Below, piece after piece: positions 60,891-64,000 of a stretch of 64,000 bases of DNA (the stretch's first letter is position 1; each line of letters opens with the position of its first letter). Both the position numbers and the translations under genes were made by a program. A model generated the notes under the pieces. The model saw nothing but the letters and a program-made list of their open reading frames with translations, did no database searches and was not told where the DNA came from. The DNA lies in NCBI GenBank assembly GCA_965197525.1, contig OZ240211.1:1248001-1312000 (forward strand). Direction: 5' to 3'. Origin of the DNA: Nitrosopumilus sp. (GTDB taxonomy: Archaea > Thermoproteota > Nitrososphaeria > Nitrososphaerales > Nitrosopumilaceae).

Positions 60891-63800
60891 TCATGCATAA
60901 TCTGTAAGGAGAGATTGGTCTCCTTGATTTTTTCCAAATAAAAGATCTATCTCGTCAGATAGAGCATTGATTCTTCCCCTCTGATATGGACTCACATCAT
61001 ACTTGTCAACTAACCGCTTTGCCATTTTTAGATATTTTTCAACAGAGCCTCTTGTGATTGTGGGAATTAACTTATTTCCACAAGCGCATCTTTGGTTTAG
61101 AGGCACTCTACGATAGGATCTTTCACATTTTGTGCATCTAAAACTTTGACTGGCATACGCTCGGAGATTTCCCATAATATCCGGTACGAGGTGTGTTGTA
61201 ATGATGTTAGCTACAATCTCTGCCGGATTAACTGATTCAATTAATGTGGCGTTTTTAATCTGCATATCAAGTTTTTCATGCATCGAACCGAGCGTAGAGT
61301 AAGCACTGCGTGATTTTGAGGTTGTTAAAGAAGAAGTGCCGTGTGTATAAAAATAGTCATAAAATTGCTTCTCGGTTCCTAAGCGAGATTCAATAATTTC
61401 TACCGATTTAACTTTTGAGGTCTTTATTCGTTGGAATGTGGATTGGAAAAATTCCAAAGGAAGGGTCTTGATAACTTCAAGATTATGTGCTTGTGGCTGC
61501 GACTCGTGTGGTAAAACGTTGGGCTGAACAAGTAATGGCGCATCCATTAATCCGCCTATCCCATCTGACAGGAACTTGAGTGAAAAGTTGAGAAAACAAT
61601 CCATCAAAAGCATGATGGAATCAGCATCGCCGTCGGCGTCTCGTCTTTTAGCAGAATGCCAGTTGGGTGTTCCATAACAAACATGCGTCTCAGTATATCC
61701 AATAATCCGCCCAACTACCCCAACTGATGTATGAGGTGCTAAACCAATTATCAGATTTCCAATCAACTTTTCTAATGTGCCAACATTATATAATGCAGGC
61801 TTGTGATAAAATCTGGTTAAGAGTAAATCAACATACTTGCATGTTTTAATTAAATATTTTCCAGTATTATATGGAATAATCACGTCTTGAAGACGTAGTT
61901 CTACTATCTGGTCCGAGTTTTCAAGTGGTTTGTTGTTAATATCGTGTGTATAACCAAGTTTTTTTAACATATCAACTGACGTTCCAATCCAAGATGGTTT
62001 AAACTGAGTTAAGGGTGCGTTTGTAGCATCAGAACGCGTGGTACCATCTTTGAAAATGCTCAGCTCAAAGTTTTGACGAGCAAGTCCCTTTTCAAGAGGC
62101 TCGCATATCTTATTCTGGCTGATTAATCCTTTCACTCCTTTAAAAGGAGATTTTGCACGAATGCGCATATTTTCTTGTGCCAGGACTAACCGTGATTTTA
62201 ATGGAAATTCTTTATGTGAATTGGCAGATACCTTACGCTTACATTTTCTGCAAAATTGTTCATCAAGAACAGCACCGCAGTTAAAACATTTGAAATTAAT
62301 GGATGTATCTGTACCACAAACAATACATCGTATGCTCAAAGATGGTTGATTACATTTATGACAGTGTCTGTTTGAAATGTTTGCGAAAAAATGATTCTGT
62401 TTGATGGATTTGATTAGATCTCTAGTTGGGCCTCCGGTGTCGCCTACAGGAAATAATATGTGTGTGGGAGGTTGCATTACTCTGATGGCTGCTTTTTCTG
62501 GTCTCCCTATCCTGACTCCAATAGAAGTTGAGAATTTATTGTTAATTGGAATTCCTGATGCGTTTGTTAAGATTTCTGGAACTGTTGAATTATCAATTAA
62601 CGGTTTTTTATCAAATAGTAGATTAAAGAAAAGTTTAGTCTCATCACCTTGCAACACTATTGTATCATTCTCGATTTTATGAGGTGTGCCTAGATTTTCA
62701 AGTGTTTTTTTATTAGAAATTGGATATATAATGTGTGTAGAAGTCATTTTAACTGGTTCTAAAAGTTTACTGAGTTCGGTGGGAGATATTTTGTCCCAAA
62801 AATACAAGTAGCGTGGATAGAGTGGGACTTGAAAATTTAGAGATATATTTAATGCCTCATCTAGTGTTGGGGCTCTATTCAGAAATTGAATAAGATGTTG
62901 GGTATTAGACTCGTTTTTTTGTATTATTTGTTTTAGATCTTCTAACCAAAATTCTTCAACATATCCTGAAGGTATAAGCTGTGCGTTATTTTCAAGAAAG
63001 TCCCCGAATGAGATGAGGATGTCCCCTAAATGAAGAATTGAGTTTATCTCGTTTTTGATTTGAATGCCGTGTTTAACATCTTTAATCTTTATCACATCGC
63101 CATTGTGCAATCGGACGGTAGGGGTATCAATGGAATCAACAAATGCTACGGTTGCTCCTTTTCCAGGAAGATCGATTTTCAATTGAGTCCCCACAGCTAT
63201 CACATGATCAAGAATTTCAGCTACGGCCGGATGAATTCCCACTGTGGCAAATCCGGTATTGCAAGCTCTTCCATACCTTAATCGGAACCCCCCTAGCTTG
63301 TTTGGTATTGATAGAACTGATCGGCCTACAATTACTTCGCGCATTCGTTTAGCAGCAGCGTCCTCTTGATCATCACCTGTTTTAACGGCTCCTTTAAGAT
63401 CATTGAGCCATTCCCAACCGTCTAATTCATATAATTCAATTCTTTTAAGTAGTTTTTTTGATCTTCCAATTAATCCGTCGTTTAGTACACGCAAAGCTCC
63501 CCCCCTGACCCGATCAGTTTTGATACGAGTCATGGATTTGTGATTTACAACTTCAAATGGATCTGTATCCACCCCTGCCAACTCAACTGGAAGGTTGGAG
63601 ATTACGTGTCCGATGTCTTCATCTAATATATGAAATTGAAAGTTGGACACTTCTCGTTCATAAATTCGTAGTTCTTCAATGAATCTGCCTGTCTCGTCAT
63701 CAAAAGAGTTAGCTTGAAACTTGGAAAGCTGTCCAATTTTTCGGACATAATCTGCAATTATCATAGTTATGGCAGATTCTGTGCCGCCTGCAGAGCGCAT

Positions 63801-64000
63801 CGGTCCTGCAATTGAGACTGAAAGATAGTTAGTGCTGTCTTTGTTTTGTTTAATTTTAACTTCATGAATACCTTGAAGTGAGGCAATAGTCACGCCTTCG
63901 GTAACAATAGCTAGACCTACGCGTATCGCCAGATCTAATTTTTCTTCCAAAGTCGTATCAGGTGGTGAATGCTTACCCAACGCAATATCTCTTGCAAGGT
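60891..64000 (-). CDS. polC: DNA polymerase D large subunit DP2 (5' end outside window)
   Basis: YFAGPMRSAGGT-like AGPMRSAGGTE, GGFRLRYGR, KRRDADGDAD, C-terminal CxxC Zn fingers; frame open to the window end. Confidence 0.96.
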   Translation of the reverse strand, partial: LARDIALGKHSPPDTTLEEKLDLAIRVGLAIVTEGVTIASLQGIHEVKIKQNKDSTNYLSVSIAGPMRSAGGTESAITMIIADYVRKIGQLSKFQANSFDDETGRFIEELRIYEREVSNFQFHILDEDIGHVISNLPVELAGVDTDPFEVVNHKSMTRIKTDRVRGGALRVLNDGLIGRSKKLLKRIELYELDGWEWLNDLKGAVKTGDDQEDAAAKRMREVIVGRSVLSIPNKLGGFRLRYGRACNTGFATVGIHPAVAEILDHVIAVGTQLKIDLPGKGATVAFVDSIDTPTVRLHNGDVIKIKDVKHGIQIKNEINSILHLGDILISFGDFLENNAQLIPSGYVEEFWLEDLKQIIQKNESNTQHLIQFLNRAPTLDEALNISLNFQVPLYPRYLYFWDKISPTELSKLLEPVKMTSTHIIYPISNKKTLENLGTPHKIENDTIVLQGDETKLFFNLLFDKKPLIDNSTVPEILTNASGIPINNKFSTSIGVRIGRPEKAAIRVMQPPTHILFPVGDTGGPTRDLIKSIKQNHFFANISNRHCHKCNQPSLSIRCIVCGTDTSINFKCFNCGAVLDEQFCRKCKRKVSANSHKEFPLKSRLVLAQENMRIRAKSPFKGVKGLISQNKICEPLEKGLARQNFELSIFKDGTTRSDATNAPLTQFKPSWIGTSVDMLKKLGYTHDINNKPLENSDQIVELRLQDVIIPYNTGKYLIKTCKYVDLLLTRFYHKPALYNVGTLEKLIGNLIIGLAPHTSVGVVGRIIGYTETHVCYGTPNWHSAKRRDADGDADSIMLLMDCFLNFSLKFLSDGIGGLMDAPLLVQPNVLPHESQPQAHNLEVIKTLPLEFFQSTFQRIKTSKVKSVEIIESRLGTEKQFYDYFYTHGTSSLTTSKSRSAYSTLGSMHEKLDMQIKNATLIESVNPAEIVANIITTHLVPDIMGNLRAYASQSFRCTKCERSYRRVPLNQRCACGNKLIPTITRGSVEKYLKMAKRLVDKYDVSPYQRGRINALSDEIDLLFGKNQGDQSLLTDYA

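Noticed and set aside
60891-64000. Intein in DP2
   Set aside because: No insertion or intein splice motifs seen in the visible part.

Overview
Chromosomal segment of a Nitrosopumilaceae-like ammonia-oxidising archaeon (Nitrososphaerota/Thaumarchaeota). The assignment rests on aCPSF1, proteasome beta, PolD DP2, egsA, the PoK/PPS CoA pathway, AcnX mevalonate subunits, CFI-box and PEF-type C-terminal sorting motifs, and a BHB-intron tRNA. About 17-64 kb is mostly core gene content, including pstSCAB-phoU, dps/Fur-family regulator, the CoA operon, glnA, thermosome, glyA, polC and two tRNAs. The first 17 kb is accessory and has four notable parts. (1) A GC-rich minus-strand DUF285/BspA-type surface protein with 17 exact 75-bp repeats and hypervariable positions; the ORF track shows only its antisense shadows. 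(2) A hicBA toxin-antitoxin cassette between ~80-bp direct repeats. (3) An apparently intact IS110-family (IS1111-type) element with 8-bp sub-terminal inverted repeats and a GTTA core duplication. Its 3' non-coding region holds bridge-RNA-like guides matching its own target and donor. It sits in one terminal repeat of a ~189-bp MITE-like element whose 47-bp end occurs four times in the window. On circularisation it would place an archaeal TATA box exactly 30 nt upstream of the transposase GTG. (4) A frameshifted secreted serine protease and a poly-A-frameshifted membrane-anchored regulator. A 43-aa Cys/His-rich metallothionein-like ORF absent from the ORF track lies at 50934-51065. Host association (e.g. 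a sponge symbiont) is an inference only. All alignments and RNA folds were done by eye and no database searches were run.
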